Shown one piece after another: positions 11,184 through 20,368 of a stretch of 64,000 nucleotides of DNA. The stretch is from the NCBI GenBank assembly GCA_050260935.1, contig JBLNCU010000180.1, positions 1,854 through 65,853 of the forward strand, given 5' to 3'. Each line of letters opens with the position of its first letter. Position 1 is the first letter of the stretch. Made by a program: the position numbers and the translations under genes. This DNA comes from Bacillota bacterium (GTDB lineage Bacteria; Bacillota; UBA4882; UBA8346). Below the pieces are notes generated by a model. That model saw only the letters and a program-made list of their open reading frames with translations. It was not told the origin of the DNA and did not search any database.

Positions 11184-11394
11184 ACAATCAAATTTTTGCA
11201 AGGAAAGTGGGGAGACCCGCTTTTTTTATTTATTTAGGTCCGTGTAAGTTCGGGCAGTTATCCGGAAATAATTTTGATAAGGGAAGGATTTTAGTTTCCC
11301 GATCCGAAATATACATAATACCAATGGAAGGTTCTCCGTGTCTCATTGCTAATAACCGTTCTTTCCGGACGGTCTCTAAAGTGAGTGATCGCGA

Positions 11395-12504
11395 TTGCCG
11401 CAAGTTAAGCAAATTGTTGAAGCGCTAGGTACTTTGGCGCCCTGGGATTTGGCCGAGAGTTGGGACCGGGTCGGGCTACAGGTCGGCTCCGCTGATGCTG
11501 ACGCAACCAGGGTTATGGTCGCTCTAGATCTAAATCCGGAAGTAATTCAGGAAGGCATAGAACATGGAGTCGATGGTTTTGTGCTCCACCATCCTTTAAT
11601 TTTTAAGCCGTTGACACGGGTTGATCCCGGCGCCCCGGTTGGCCGTTGCCTGGAGCTTTTAATCAAACAGGGTCTTTTTTTAATCGCCGCTCACACCAAT
11701 ATGGATAAAGCGGAAAAGGGCTTAAATCAGTATTTGGCTGAACAATTCGGGCTGACTCAGATTGAACCATTGGAGCCCGTTATGGAACAATTATATAAAG
11801 TGGTTGTTTTTACGCCGGAGGATCACCTGGCGGCGGTAAGAACTGCTATGGCTGAAGCCGGGGCGGGAACTATCGGCGCTTACACCGGATGCTCCTTCGG
11901 ATTGAAGGGTATTGGAACCTTTAAACCCGGTTCCCAGGCGCGTCCTTTTACCGGGCGGCCGGGGGAATTTACCGAAGTTTCCGAAATCCGGCTGGAGATG
12001 GTCGCCGGGCCGCGACATCTTCCTGGAGTGTTGAAGGCGATTACCCAGAATCATCCTTACGAAACCCCGGCGGTTGATGTTTACCCATTGGCTGGTTCTG
12101 GCAGGCAAGGTCTGGGCCGTGTCGGTAACCTCAAAACAGCGCTCACCTTTGATGATTTCGTTGCTATGGTGCAGAAAAAATTGGCGGTTAAAGGGATCCG
12201 GGTTTCAGGCAGACCAGGGAAATTGATTCGGCGGTTGGCTATTTGTTCCGGGAGCGGCGGGAATATGGTTTCCGCTGCTGCTGAAAACCGGGCGGATGCA
12301 TATTTAACGGGCGAAATGGGTTACCATGATTTTTTATACGCCAAGGAGAAAGGTTTGGCCGTAATTGCGGCCGGGCATTGGGCTACCGAACGCGGTTTTA
12401 TTCCGATGATTTGCGGTTTTTTAAACGGGGTTTTCAAAACAGAAGAAAGCTTTGAAGCGGTACCGTGCAGCACGATTCAGGAGGAACCATACCTAACTTT
12501 ATAA
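11395..12504 (+). CDS. Nif3-like dinuclear metal centre protein (YqfO-type with inserted PII-like domain)
   Basis: 369 aa. Motifs WDRVGLQVG, FVLHHPLIFKP, AAHTNMD and C-terminal AAGHWATE. The length fits the insert-containing Firmicute form. Confidence 0.8.
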   Translation: MPQVKQIVEALGTLAPWDLAESWDRVGLQVGSADADATRVMVALDLNPEVIQEGIEHGVDGFVLHHPLIFKPLTRVDPGAPVGRCLELLIKQGLFLIAAHTNMDKAEKGLNQYLAEQFGLTQIEPLEPVMEQLYKVVVFTPEDHLAAVRTAMAEAGAGTIGAYTGCSFGLKGIGTFKPGSQARPFTGRPGEFTEVSEIRLEMVAGPRHLPGVLKAITQNHPYETPAVDVYPLAGSGRQGLGRVGNLKTALTFDDFVAMVQKKLAVKGIRVSGRPGKLIRRLAICSGSGGNMVSAAAENRADAYLTGEMGYHDFLYAKEKGLAVIAAGHWATERGFIPMICGFLNGVFKTEESFEAVPCSTIQEEPYLTL

Positions 12505-12518
12505 GGGGGTTACTGAAC

Positions 12519-12701
12519 GTGATTAGAAAATGTCAGCTTTGCGGAGGTATTATACCTGCGGAGAGAGTGGCGGCTTTACCGGAGACACAGCGCTGTATTG
12601 AATGCTCCCGCCAGAAAGGCCCGGATTTTATTGCCAAACGCACCACGGTGGGAATGGATATCGATACCTACAAAGACCTGTTGGGAGCAGTGAGGAGTTA
12701 G
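12519..12701 (+). CDS. TraR/DksA-family C4 zinc-finger protein
   Basis: GTG start 8 nt after AAGGGGG. The track ORF starts at 12465 inside Nif3. Motif CQLCGGIIPAERVAALPETQRCIEC. Confidence 0.6.
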   Translation: MIRKCQLCGGIIPAERVAALPETQRCIECSRQKGPDFIAKRTTVGMDIDTYKDLLGAVRS

Positions 12702-12707
12702 GAAAAA

Positions 12708-13418
12708 ATGGCTTACCTTCCGATCTTATTTAGAATTCAAGAGATCGAAAGCAAATTGTTGAGTTTGCAAAGAACCCGTGAGAAAGTCCGGGACAATACC
12801 AATCTACCGGCTTTAACCGCTTTGCAAAAAGAGATAACGGCTGCCCTTGCCGGGCTTGAAGCGGAGATCAAGAAAAATCACAATTTGCAACGCCAGTATG
12901 ACCTGGAGTTGAGAACCTGTCAGGACCGTTTAAAAGCTGAAGATGGAAAACTCTATAACGGTTCTGTAGTCAGTTCCCGGGGGTTGGAACAAGTGCAGCA
13001 GAAAGCGGCCGAATACCGGAAAAACATTGAAAAGTTAGAGGACCAGCTCCTGGTCTTAATGGAACAGGATGAAAAATTCCTGCAACAACGGACGGATCTT
13101 CAGAAACGTTTACAAGCATGCGAGCGGGAAGTTGCCGCCGCCGGGGAGGAGATCCGGCAAAGACTGGCGGAAATTGCTTGTGAGGAAAGCGGGTTAAAGC
13201 AGGAAAGTTCGGAACTGCAATTACAGGTTCCCCCTGAATGGCTCGAACGTTACCGCAAAATTGCCGGCACCCACCAGGGAGTGGGAATCGCCCGGGTAAA
13301 GTCCGACAGCTGCGGGGCTTGCCATATAAGTTTCTCCGATTCATTATTACAAAAGGTTAAACGGGGCGAGGATGCCTTGACATATTGCGAAAATTGCGGC
13401 CGGATTATCTATTATTGA
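12708..13418 (+). CDS. Coiled-coil protein with C-terminal C4 zinc ribbon (COG1579/DUF164-like)
   Basis: 236 aa. Long heptad-rich region, then CGACHISFSD...YCENCGRIIY. Confidence 0.7.
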   Translation: MAYLPILFRIQEIESKLLSLQRTREKVRDNTNLPALTALQKEITAALAGLEAEIKKNHNLQRQYDLELRTCQDRLKAEDGKLYNGSVVSSRGLEQVQQKAAEYRKNIEKLEDQLLVLMEQDEKFLQQRTDLQKRLQACEREVAAAGEEIRQRLAEIACEESGLKQESSELQLQVPPEWLERYRKIAGTHQGVGIARVKSDSCGACHISFSDSLLQKVKRGEDALTYCENCGRIIYY

Positions 13419-13428
13419 AAATTCAATT

Positions 13429-13821
13429 ATGAAACGGAAAATTTTACGCTGGACGCTTATTGTTTTGGCTATCGGAGTGTTAATTCTATTTCATTTTGAT
13501 CCCGGGCGGTGGAACTTCTATCCGCCCTGTCCTTTTTATTTGTTGACCAATTATTACTGCCCCGGTTGCGGATCATTGCGGGCGCTGCATCAACTGCTTC
13601 ATGGAAATATTTTAAAGGCCCTGCGGTATAATTTTTTGTTGCTGCCGGTTTTTTCCATGGCCGGCGGTTATTCGGTCCTAATCAGGATTTTCTTGCCGGG
13701 GAAGCGAAACAACCGGGCAGCGTCATCCCCTTTTCTGCTTTATCTCTGTTTATTTATGACTCTATTATTTGGAGTTTTACGAAACATTCCCCGCCAGCCG
13801 TTTTTACAGCTGGCTCCTTGA
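13429..13821 (+). CDS. DUF2752-like membrane protein
   Basis: TM segments plus CPFYLLTNYYCPGCGSLRALHQLLHGN, characteristic of DUF2752. Confidence 0.6.
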   Translation: MKRKILRWTLIVLAIGVLILFHFDPGRWNFYPPCPFYLLTNYYCPGCGSLRALHQLLHGNILKALRYNFLLLPVFSMAGGYSVLIRIFLPGKRNNRAASSPFLLYLCLFMTLLFGVLRNIPRQPFLQLAP

Positions 13822-13866
13822 ACCGGAGGTAAAAAAGGCTTTTCTCCGCTTTTCCAATTTGGAGAT

Positions 13867-13895
13867 TTGACATAATTAGAATCAGGTGGTACACT
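13867..13895 (+). promoter_or_regulatory. Sigma-A-type promoter upstream of rnpB
   Basis: TTGACA, 17 nt spacer, TACACT. Predicted TSS is about 117 nt upstream of the P1 stem of RNase P RNA. Confidence 0.4.
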
Positions 13896-14018
13896 AAAGC
13901 AAGTCTCTTAAAAATTACGCCAAGTTGCATTTAAACGTAGAGTTTGCCTTGCTTATGAATGCTTACTTGGTATTCCGTACCCTTTAAAAATATCCTTTCG
14001 GATGCCAAACGGTATTAG

Positions 14019-14377
14019 ATAACTGCCTCGGGTAACCGCGGATTTTGATCCGAGGAAAGTCCGAGCTCCATAGGGCGGGATGCTGGATAACGTCCAGGGG
14101 GGGCGACCCCACGGAAAGTGCCGCAGAAAAGGAAACGCCGCCTCATAGTTTTGAGGCCGGCAAAGCTGAAAAGGTGCGGTAAAAGCGCACCAGCGGTCAA
14201 GGAATTGGCCGGCTTGGCAAACCCCATCCGGAGCAAGACCAAATAGGGGAGAAATGAAGCGGCCCGCTTCTCTCCCGGGTTGGTCGCTGGAGACGCCGGG
14301 CAACCGGCGCCGTAGATAAATGGTTACCGGCTTGTTTTAATACAAGTCACAGAACTCGGCTTATAGAGGCAGTTATT
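14019..14377 (+). ncRNA. rnpB: RNase P RNA, bacterial type A
   Basis: P1 pairing ATAACTGCCTC / GAGGCAGTTAT. Universal GAGGAAAGTCCGAGCTCCATAGGGC (14052..). GGGGCGACCCCACGGAAAGTGCCGCAGAAA. 3' ACAGAACTCGGCTTATAG. ORFs 13953..14303(-) and 14015..14242(-) are artefacts over it. Confidence 0.92.
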
Positions 14378-14390
14378 ATATTTTTTAGCC

Positions 14391-14415
14391 AACCACCGTA
14401 AAGGTGGTTTTTTTC
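14391..14415 (+). terminator. Rho-independent terminator after rnpB
   Basis: AACCACC-gtaaa-GGTGGTT followed by TTTTT. Confidence 0.7.
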
Positions 14416-14531
14416 ATAACCGGCTAAAAAAGTTATGCCAATAAAAGGTCGCCGAAGAACCATCATCCGGCAGGAAAAATGATATCCGAGGTGAATGATT
14501 ATGGAGACAATAAGGATTGAGGTGTAAGCAA

Positions 14532-15266
14532 ATGAGGATTAAAAAGCCTGTTTTAATTCTCTGCGTCTTAATATCGAGCTTCAGTTTCGCCCAATCGGCC
14601 GGTTTTGCCCAATCTTTCTGGGATTCCTTGGCGTTGGGGTTGGAACAGGATATTGGGCGCAATAACTACGAAAGCATTACGGCCCAAAAGAGGGTAGTTC
14701 ACCTACCGCCGGATCAAACCGAACATTATAACAATTTATTTAACAAGCTGGTCGCTCAATGCAGTCGCCGGGATGAACTTCATTTTAGTCTAACGGTGGT
14801 ACAAGACGACAGCGTCAACGCCTTTGCCCTGCCCGGCGGCTACGTCTTTGTGAATACCGGTTTATTATCGTATATTAAAAACGACTCTGAGCTTGCCGGG
14901 GTTTTAGGGCATGAAATCGCCCATATCGACCGGCGCCACAGCATGCAGGCTATTTACCGTTCGGTGGGGTTCTCGGTTATTCTGGGTTTGCTTTTGAACA
15001 AGGGCTCCGACCGGAATGAACAGCTCGGTCAGTTGGCGGCTATTTCCTTAAGCCTGGCTCAACTGGGGTACAGCCGGGATGCCGAGTACGAAGCGGATCG
15101 TTACGGGGTCGGTTTTATGCAAAAAGCCGGCTATAATAAAGAAGATTTGGTGAATTTTTGGCAGAGATTCTTGGCCCAGAATGGGGATACCCCCGGGGCG
15201 TTGACGTTTCTTTCCACCCATCCCCCCACCAGTGAAAGAATAAAAAAAATCGAAGCGCTGCCTTAA
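14532..15266 (+). CDS. M48 family zinc metallopeptidase, secreted or lipid-anchored
   Basis: Signal-like N-terminus MRIKKPVLILCVLISSFSFAQS, zincin motif GHEIAHIDRRH, downstream EYEADRYG. Confidence 0.8.
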   Translation: MRIKKPVLILCVLISSFSFAQSAGFAQSFWDSLALGLEQDIGRNNYESITAQKRVVHLPPDQTEHYNNLFNKLVAQCSRRDELHFSLTVVQDDSVNAFALPGGYVFVNTGLLSYIKNDSELAGVLGHEIAHIDRRHSMQAIYRSVGFSVILGLLLNKGSDRNEQLGQLAAISLSLAQLGYSRDAEYEADRYGVGFMQKAGYNKEDLVNFWQRFLAQNGDTPGALTFLSTHPPTSERIKKIEALP

Positions 15267-15284
15267 TATCGCAGGTGAATTCGG

Positions 15285-16088
15285 GTGATTACCAGCAATA
15301 CCAACAGTTTAATTAAATTGGTAAGTAGTTTACACCATAAAAAAGGCCGCCTGGAGCAGAAACTATTCTTAGCCGAAGGGATCCATCTGGTCCAGGAGGC
15401 CTTAAAGTCTACTGTACCAATTCGGCTGTTTTTTTGGTCTCCGAAGCTTACTAGCTCTGAGGAAGGAAGGCGGCTTTTAGAAGTTTTGGCAACAAAAAAC
15501 GAGGGGTATGAGGTTAGTGAGTCAATCTTCGCTAAAATCGCCGAAACCGAGAACCCCCAGGGGGTTTTAGCCGTACTGGAAATCCCGGAGGAATCCGCTT
15601 TTGATTTTTCCAGGTTTACCTTAGGTCTAATTGTCGACGGTTTACAGGACCCAGGGAATGTCGGCACTATCATCAGGATTGCCTGGGCTTGCGCTCTTGA
15701 TGGATTAATCTTTACTCCGGAAACGGCCGATCCTTACCAGGGAAAGGTAGTCCGGGCCAGTCAAGGCGGCATTTTTCACCAGAAGATATACAGGAATGCT
15801 AAACCGGGGTTAATTGCGGAACAGGCGCAAAAGCAAGGTCTCCAGATCATCGCCGGGGATATAAAAGCCACTGAGATTTATTTTCAGCGCGACCTGACTC
15901 CGCCCACCCTTCTATTGATCGGCAATGAGGGAAGGGGGTTGAAGGGGGAATGGGAAAATTATTCTATTAAAAAAGTCTTGATTCCCCAGCCGGGGCGGGC
16001 GGAATCGCTCAATGTTTCAGTCTCGGCCGGAGTGCTGGTTTATGAAGCCATCCGGCAACGCTTTATGAAGAACACTTGTCAAAGTTAA
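15285..16088 (+). CDS. TrmH/SpoU-family RNA 2'-O-methyltransferase
   Basis: Motifs DGLQDPGNVGTIIRIA, LLLIGNEGRGL and IPQPGRAESLNVSVSAGVLVYE. Confidence 0.8.
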   Translation: MITSNTNSLIKLVSSLHHKKGRLEQKLFLAEGIHLVQEALKSTVPIRLFFWSPKLTSSEEGRRLLEVLATKNEGYEVSESIFAKIAETENPQGVLAVLEIPEESAFDFSRFTLGLIVDGLQDPGNVGTIIRIAWACALDGLIFTPETADPYQGKVVRASQGGIFHQKIYRNAKPGLIAEQAQKQGLQIIAGDIKATEIYFQRDLTPPTLLLIGNEGRGLKGEWENYSIKKVLIPQPGRAESLNVSVSAGVLVYEAIRQRFMKNTCQS

Positions 16089-16166
16089 ATGGCTTTGATA
16101 TAATATTGGTAGGCTTTGCGGTGACCGTTTTCACGACAACAGTCTGTGAAAAAGGGGATGATCAGA

Positions 16167-16268
16167 ATGACATTGTCAGCGGATTTTTTTTGGAGAGTCT
16201 TTGAGACTACGGGTTCTATCACCGCCTATTTGATTTACCGGGAAATTGTTAAAACTAGTTTAGTTTAG
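16167..16268 (+). CDS. YqzL-like small protein (33 aa), below the ORF-track size cut-off
   Basis: ATG about 9 nt after AAAGGGGA. Translation MTLSADFFWRVFETTGSITAYLIYREIVKTSLV resembles the YqzL family pattern (F-W-x-x-F-x-x-TG-x-I-x-x-YL-x-Y-R/K-E). Extended -10 TGATATAAT at 16096..16104. Confidence 0.55.
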   Translation: MTLSADFFWRVFETTGSITAYLIYREIVKTSLV

Positions 16269-16302
16269 AACTTTATATTTTTCACCAATTTCATATTTAA
16301 AA

Positions 16303-16568
16303 GTGATGATGGAGGAAAGTACCGCATCCGGGATGGTCGCAGGGAGAAAGGTCCTGACTGAAAGCCTTTCCCAAACCGATGTCCGGGAAGTTCCCTCTTG
16401 AACTGCAGGCTGAAAGCGCGAGCAATTTAGCGAAGAGTAGGCTGTGACGGTTTCTCCGCCGTTATCCGGAGAGGGTATCGGATTGGTGTCCCGTACTTTT
16501 ACTTAATTTTTGGGTGGTATCAGCGAAATTAACCTTTCGTCCCGTGGGGATGAAGGGTTTTTTTTATA
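16303..16568 (+). promoter_or_regulatory. T-box leader (Phe) of pheST
   Basis: Stem I elements GTGATGA..AGTAC and GCAGGGAGAAAGGTCC..GAAAGCC. Candidate UUC specifier at 16391..16393. T-box sequence TTTGGGTGGTATCAGCG. Terminator CCTTTCGTCCC-gtg-GGGATGAAGGG plus T8. Confidence 0.8.
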
Positions 16569-16581
16569 GGAGGGTTTTTGA

Positions 16582-17601
16582 ATGAAAGAGAAACTGGAGA
16601 GGTTGAAATTAGAAGCGTTAAACCGGATTCAAGCAGCGGAAGAAAGCGCCGAGTTAAATGAGATCAGAGTAAAATATCTGGGGAAAAAAGGTTCTCTGAC
16701 CGCAATATTGAGGGGAATGGGGGAACTGGCCCCGGAGGAACGGCCGGCCGTTGGCGAACTCGTCAACCAAGTCCGGCAGACCATCGAAGAAATGCTTGAA
16801 GAGCGCGGACGGATAATAGCCGCTAAAGAACAACAGCAAAAGCTGGCCCAGGAGAAGCTGGACATTTTTTTACCCGGCCGGAAGCCCAAGTTCGGCCATG
16901 CCCACCCCTTACAACTTGTTTTACAGGAGATCCAGGATATTTTTCTGGGTTTGGGATTTTCTGTCGCCGAAGGACCGGAGATTGAAACCGATTATTATAA
17001 TTTCGAGGCCCTTAATCTGCCTAAAAACCATCCCGCCCGTGATATGCAGGATTCTTTATATATCACTCAGGAAGTCCTGCTGCGGACTCATACCTCTCCG
17101 GTTCAAGTCCGGACTATGGAACGGCTCTACCCCAATCCGATCCGGATCATCGCTCCGGGAAGGGTTTACCGGCGTGATGCCCTCGATGCCAGCCACTCGC
17201 CGATGTTTCTGCAAGTGGAGGGGCTAGTGGTCGATAAGGGGATTACATTTGGTGATTTAAAAGGGGTTCTAACCATTTTTGCCAAAAAACTTTTCGGGGA
17301 AGACCGGCAGATCCGTTTAAGGCCCAGTTTTTTCCCATTTACCGAACCCAGCGCCGAGGTTGACGTCTCCTGTAGTTGCGCTGGTAAAGGCTGCCGGGTT
17401 TGTAAAGGCAGCGGCTGGCTGGAAATTTTAGGCGCCGGTTCCGTCAATCCGCGGGTTTTGGAAATGTCCAAATATGATCCGGCGGAAGTTTCGGGGTTCG
17501 CCTTTGGGATGGGAGTGGAGCGCATAGCCATGTTAAAATACGACATCAAGGATATCCGGGTCTTTTATGAGAACGATTGGCGATTTTTAGCGCAGTTCTA
17601 A
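16582..17601 (+). CDS. pheS: Phenylalanine--tRNA ligase alpha subunit
   Basis: 339 aa with class II motifs ([25 protein letters not shown]). Preceded by a T-box. Confidence 0.95.
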   Translation: MKEKLERLKLEALNRIQAAEESAELNEIRVKYLGKKGSLTAILRGMGELAPEERPAVGELVNQVRQTIEEMLEERGRIIAAKEQQQKLAQEKLDIFLPGRKPKFGHAHPLQLVLQEIQDIFLGLGFSVAEGPEIETDYYNFEALNLPKNHPARDMQDSLYITQEVLLRTHTSPVQVRTMERLYPNPIRIIAPGRVYRRDALDASHSPMFLQVEGLVVDKGITFGDLKGVLTIFAKKLFGEDRQIRLRPSFFPFTEPSAEVDVSCSCAGKGCRVCKGSGWLEILGAGSVNPRVLEMSKYDPAEVSGFAFGMGVERIAMLKYDIKDIRVFYENDWRFLAQF

Positions 17602-17847
17602 CATTAGGAGCTAGAAGCCGGATAGGAGCCGGAATTGATGGCAGGAATACCGAAGCCAGAATCCAGAAGGACAGAATAAAATCTTTAAGCGAAAGCTTAT
17701 TGGCCAGGATCAAGACTTCAAAAGTGAATAGGCTCCGCTGAATCAGACATCCTCTGGGCTTCTGACTCCTGGATCCCGGATTATGCTTAATAAAGCATTT
17801 AATAGTTCCCAAAACCCTAAGTTGAATTTCGTTTGGAGGAGAGAAGA

Positions 17848-20256
17848 ATGCGTGTCTCGTTTGAATGGCTTTCTGATTTAATCAATCTCGACATTCCGGT
17901 GGAGGAATTGGCCGAAAAAATGACCATGGCCGGAATTGCGGTTGAAGATATTGAAGACCAGGCCGCCAAATACAAGGGTATTGTTACTGCCATGATTACG
18001 GCGATCGAAAAGCACCCACAGGCGGATAATCTGTTGGTTACCAAGGCCGATGCCGGCAAATACGGTGTAAAAACTGTAATTACCGCGGCCAAAAATTTAA
18101 AAGCCGGGGATTTTGTCCCCTTAGCCCTGCCGGGGTCGATTTTACCGAATGGGAAAGCCATTGGTGAAGTTAACTTCAAAGGGGTCCCCTCCCAGGGAAT
18201 GTTGTGTTCAGGGGCGGAACTGGGCCTGGAGAAGGAGTCTTCGGGAATCTGGGTCTTTGAGAAAGGTCCGCTCCAGCCAGGTCTTCCCGTGGCGGAAGTC
18301 TTAGGAGAGACCGATAAAGTTTTAGTTCTGGAGTTGACAGCCAACCGCTCCGATTGCCTCGGCATGATCGGAGTGGCCCGCGAAGTGGCGGCCATCTTGA
18401 ATAAAAAATTCACCCCGAAGACGGTAATTCTGAAAGAAGAAGGCCCTCCGGTTGAAAAACTGGCTCAAGTGGAAATTGCCGACCAGGATCTCTGCCCCCG
18501 CTACGCGGCCAGGGTGGCCGGGGAGGTTAAAATCGGGCCTTCCCCCGGTTGGATGCAGCGGCGGCTAAAAGCCGCCGGAGTGCGGCCGATCAATAATATC
18601 GTCGATATCACCAATTATGTAATGCTGGAATATAATCAGCCTTTACACGCTTTCGACCTTGACCATATAGCCTCCAATCACATCATAGTCCGGCGGGCCG
18701 CTTCCGGAGAAAAGCTGGTAACCTTGGACGAGGTGACCAGATCCTTTACTCCGGAGAACTTATTGATAGCCGATCCCCAGGGTGGACTCTGCGTGGCCGG
18801 AGTTATGGGCGGCTGTACCAGTGAAGTTACTGAAAAAACTGTTAACCTCCTTTTAGAGGCGGCTTATTTTAACCCGGCTAGTATCCGCAAGACCGCAAAA
18901 CAACTAGGAATGAAAACTGAGGCTTCGATGCGCTTCGAAAGGGGTATCGACCCTAACGGTGTTATCCAGGCCTTAAACCGGGCGGCTCAACTGGTTGAGG
19001 AATTGGGCGCCGGCAAGGTCGCCAGAGGCTATCTTGATCAATACCCCCGCCCGATGGCGCCGTTAACCGTCTGGACCAGCGCCGGCAGGATCAACCGTTG
19101 GCTGGGGACCGATTTGAGTGTTTCCCAAATTAAAGAGTATTTAGAACGGGTAACCATGACGGTGAAAGCGGAAGGAGACGAGCTTCAGGTAACTGTCCCG
19201 ACTTACCGGCAGGATGTGACGCATATGGCGGATCTGGCGGAAGAAGTCGCCAGGTTGTACGGTTATAATAATATACCCACCACTATCCCTGAGAGTAAAC
19301 AAGTAGGGGAACTTACGCCTTTTCAAAAAATGCAGCAAAAGTGCAGGCAGTTGTTGCAAGGGATCGGCATCTCCGAAGTAATGACTTACAGCCTAAACGC
19401 TAAATCCGCCAATAGCCGGCTTGGGATCGAAGCCTCTGATTCTTTGGCGGGGACTGTCGACTTAATGGTTCCCCTCAGTGAGGAGCAGGCGGTGATGCGC
19501 ACCAATTTGGTCCATCATCTGCTGGAAGTGATGGCCTTTAACACTAAACGGCGCCAGTCGGATCTGGCCATCTATGAGATCGCTCGTGTTTACTGGCCAA
19601 AAGCCGGTTCGCTCCTGCCGGAGGAGCCGCTTCACCTAGGAGTCGGTTTATTGGGAAAAATACGGGAGATCGGCTGGAACCAAAGCCGCGACGAAGCTGA
19701 CTTCTATGATATTAAGGGCGTGGCGGAACTGGTTTTTGAAAAGTTCAGACTGCCGGAGTTTAACCTGAAACCCTCCAGTAAACCGTTTTTGCATCCGGGG
19801 CAGTCCGCCGATATATTTGTGAACAACCTTTTAGTAGGTTTTTGCGGTCAGGCGCATCCTAATGTCCAGAACCAATATGAACTTTCCGCCAAAGCTTTTA
19901 TTTTGGAACTGGATTTAACCGCTTTACAAGGATTAATAAACGCCGAAGCAGTCAGCTTCGAGCCGCTGCCCAAGTATCCGGCGGTGCAAAGAGACCTGGC
20001 GTTGGTGGTTCCGCTCTCCATTACCGCTCAAAGTATCATTGCCCGCATTAAGGAGATCAGCGGCGATTTGGTGGAACGGGTTGATTTATTCGATGTCTAT
20101 CAAGGCGAACAAGTCGGCCGGGAGCAACGGAGTTTGGCTTTTAGCATTTCCTACCGGTCCAAGGAGCGGACCTTAAGCGATACCGAGGTCAACCAGCTCC
20201 AGGAGAAGCTGCTGGAACAACTTCATCGGGAGTACGGCGCGGTGATCAGAGCCTAA
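17848..20256 (+). CDS. pheT: Phenylalanine--tRNA ligase beta subunit
   Basis: ATG after GGAGGAGAG gives the canonical N-terminus MRVSFEWLSDL. B3/4, B5 and FDX-ACB domains are recognisable. The track ORF begins 15 nt upstream. Confidence 0.95.
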   Translation: MRVSFEWLSDLINLDIPVEELAEKMTMAGIAVEDIEDQAAKYKGIVTAMITAIEKHPQADNLLVTKADAGKYGVKTVITAAKNLKAGDFVPLALPGSILPNGKAIGEVNFKGVPSQGMLCSGAELGLEKESSGIWVFEKGPLQPGLPVAEVLGETDKVLVLELTANRSDCLGMIGVAREVAAILNKKFTPKTVILKEEGPPVEKLAQVEIADQDLCPRYAARVAGEVKIGPSPGWMQRRLKAAGVRPINNIVDITNYVMLEYNQPLHAFDLDHIASNHIIVRRAASGEKLVTLDEVTRSFTPENLLIADPQGGLCVAGVMGGCTSEVTEKTVNLLLEAAYFNPASIRKTAKQLGMKTEASMRFERGIDPNGVIQALNRAAQLVEELGAGKVARGYLDQYPRPMAPLTVWTSAGRINRWLGTDLSVSQIKEYLERVTMTVKAEGDELQVTVPTYRQDVTHMADLAEEVARLYGYNNIPTTIPESKQVGELTPFQKMQQKCRQLLQGIGISEVMTYSLNAKSANSRLGIEASDSLAGTVDLMVPLSEEQAVMRTNLVHHLLEVMAFNTKRRQSDLAIYEIARVYWPKAGSLLPEEPLHLGVGLLGKIREIGWNQSRDEADFYDIKGVAELVFEKFRLPEFNLKPSSKPFLHPGQSADIFVNNLLVGFCGQAHPNVQNQYELSAKAFILELDLTALQGLINAEAVSFEPLPKYPAVQRDLALVVPLSITAQSIIARIKEISGDLVERVDLFDVYQGEQVGREQRSLAFSISYRSKERTLSDTEVNQLQEKLLEQLHREYGAVIRA

Positions 20257-20326
20257 ACAATTTAAAACTTGTCAGGATAGTCACCATTACATTGAAAACT
20301 ACATCCTTGAACGCTTTTCGGTCTAT

Positions 20327-20368
20327 CGCCCCCCGGTGTAACATAGATTACAGGCGGGGGGTGTTTTT
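20327..20368 (+). terminator. Rho-independent terminator after pheT
   Basis: CCCCCCGGTGTAA-cataga-TTACAGGCGGGGGG, then TGTTTTT. The T-tract abuts the next ATG. Confidence 0.7.

Noticed and set aside
11096-11428. 110-aa ORF spanning the tRNA gene.
   Set aside because: It reads straight through a perfect tRNA cloverleaf, so it is an artefact.
13953-14303. Minus-strand ORFs of 116 and 75 aa in the DUF2752-M48 gap.
   Set aside because: They overlap RNase P RNA, which is unambiguous on the + strand.
17817-18413. 198-aa ORF antisense to pheT.
   Set aside because: It lies entirely opposite a strongly supported conserved gene. It has an S/P/A/R-rich shadow-frame composition, no SD and no recognisable motif.
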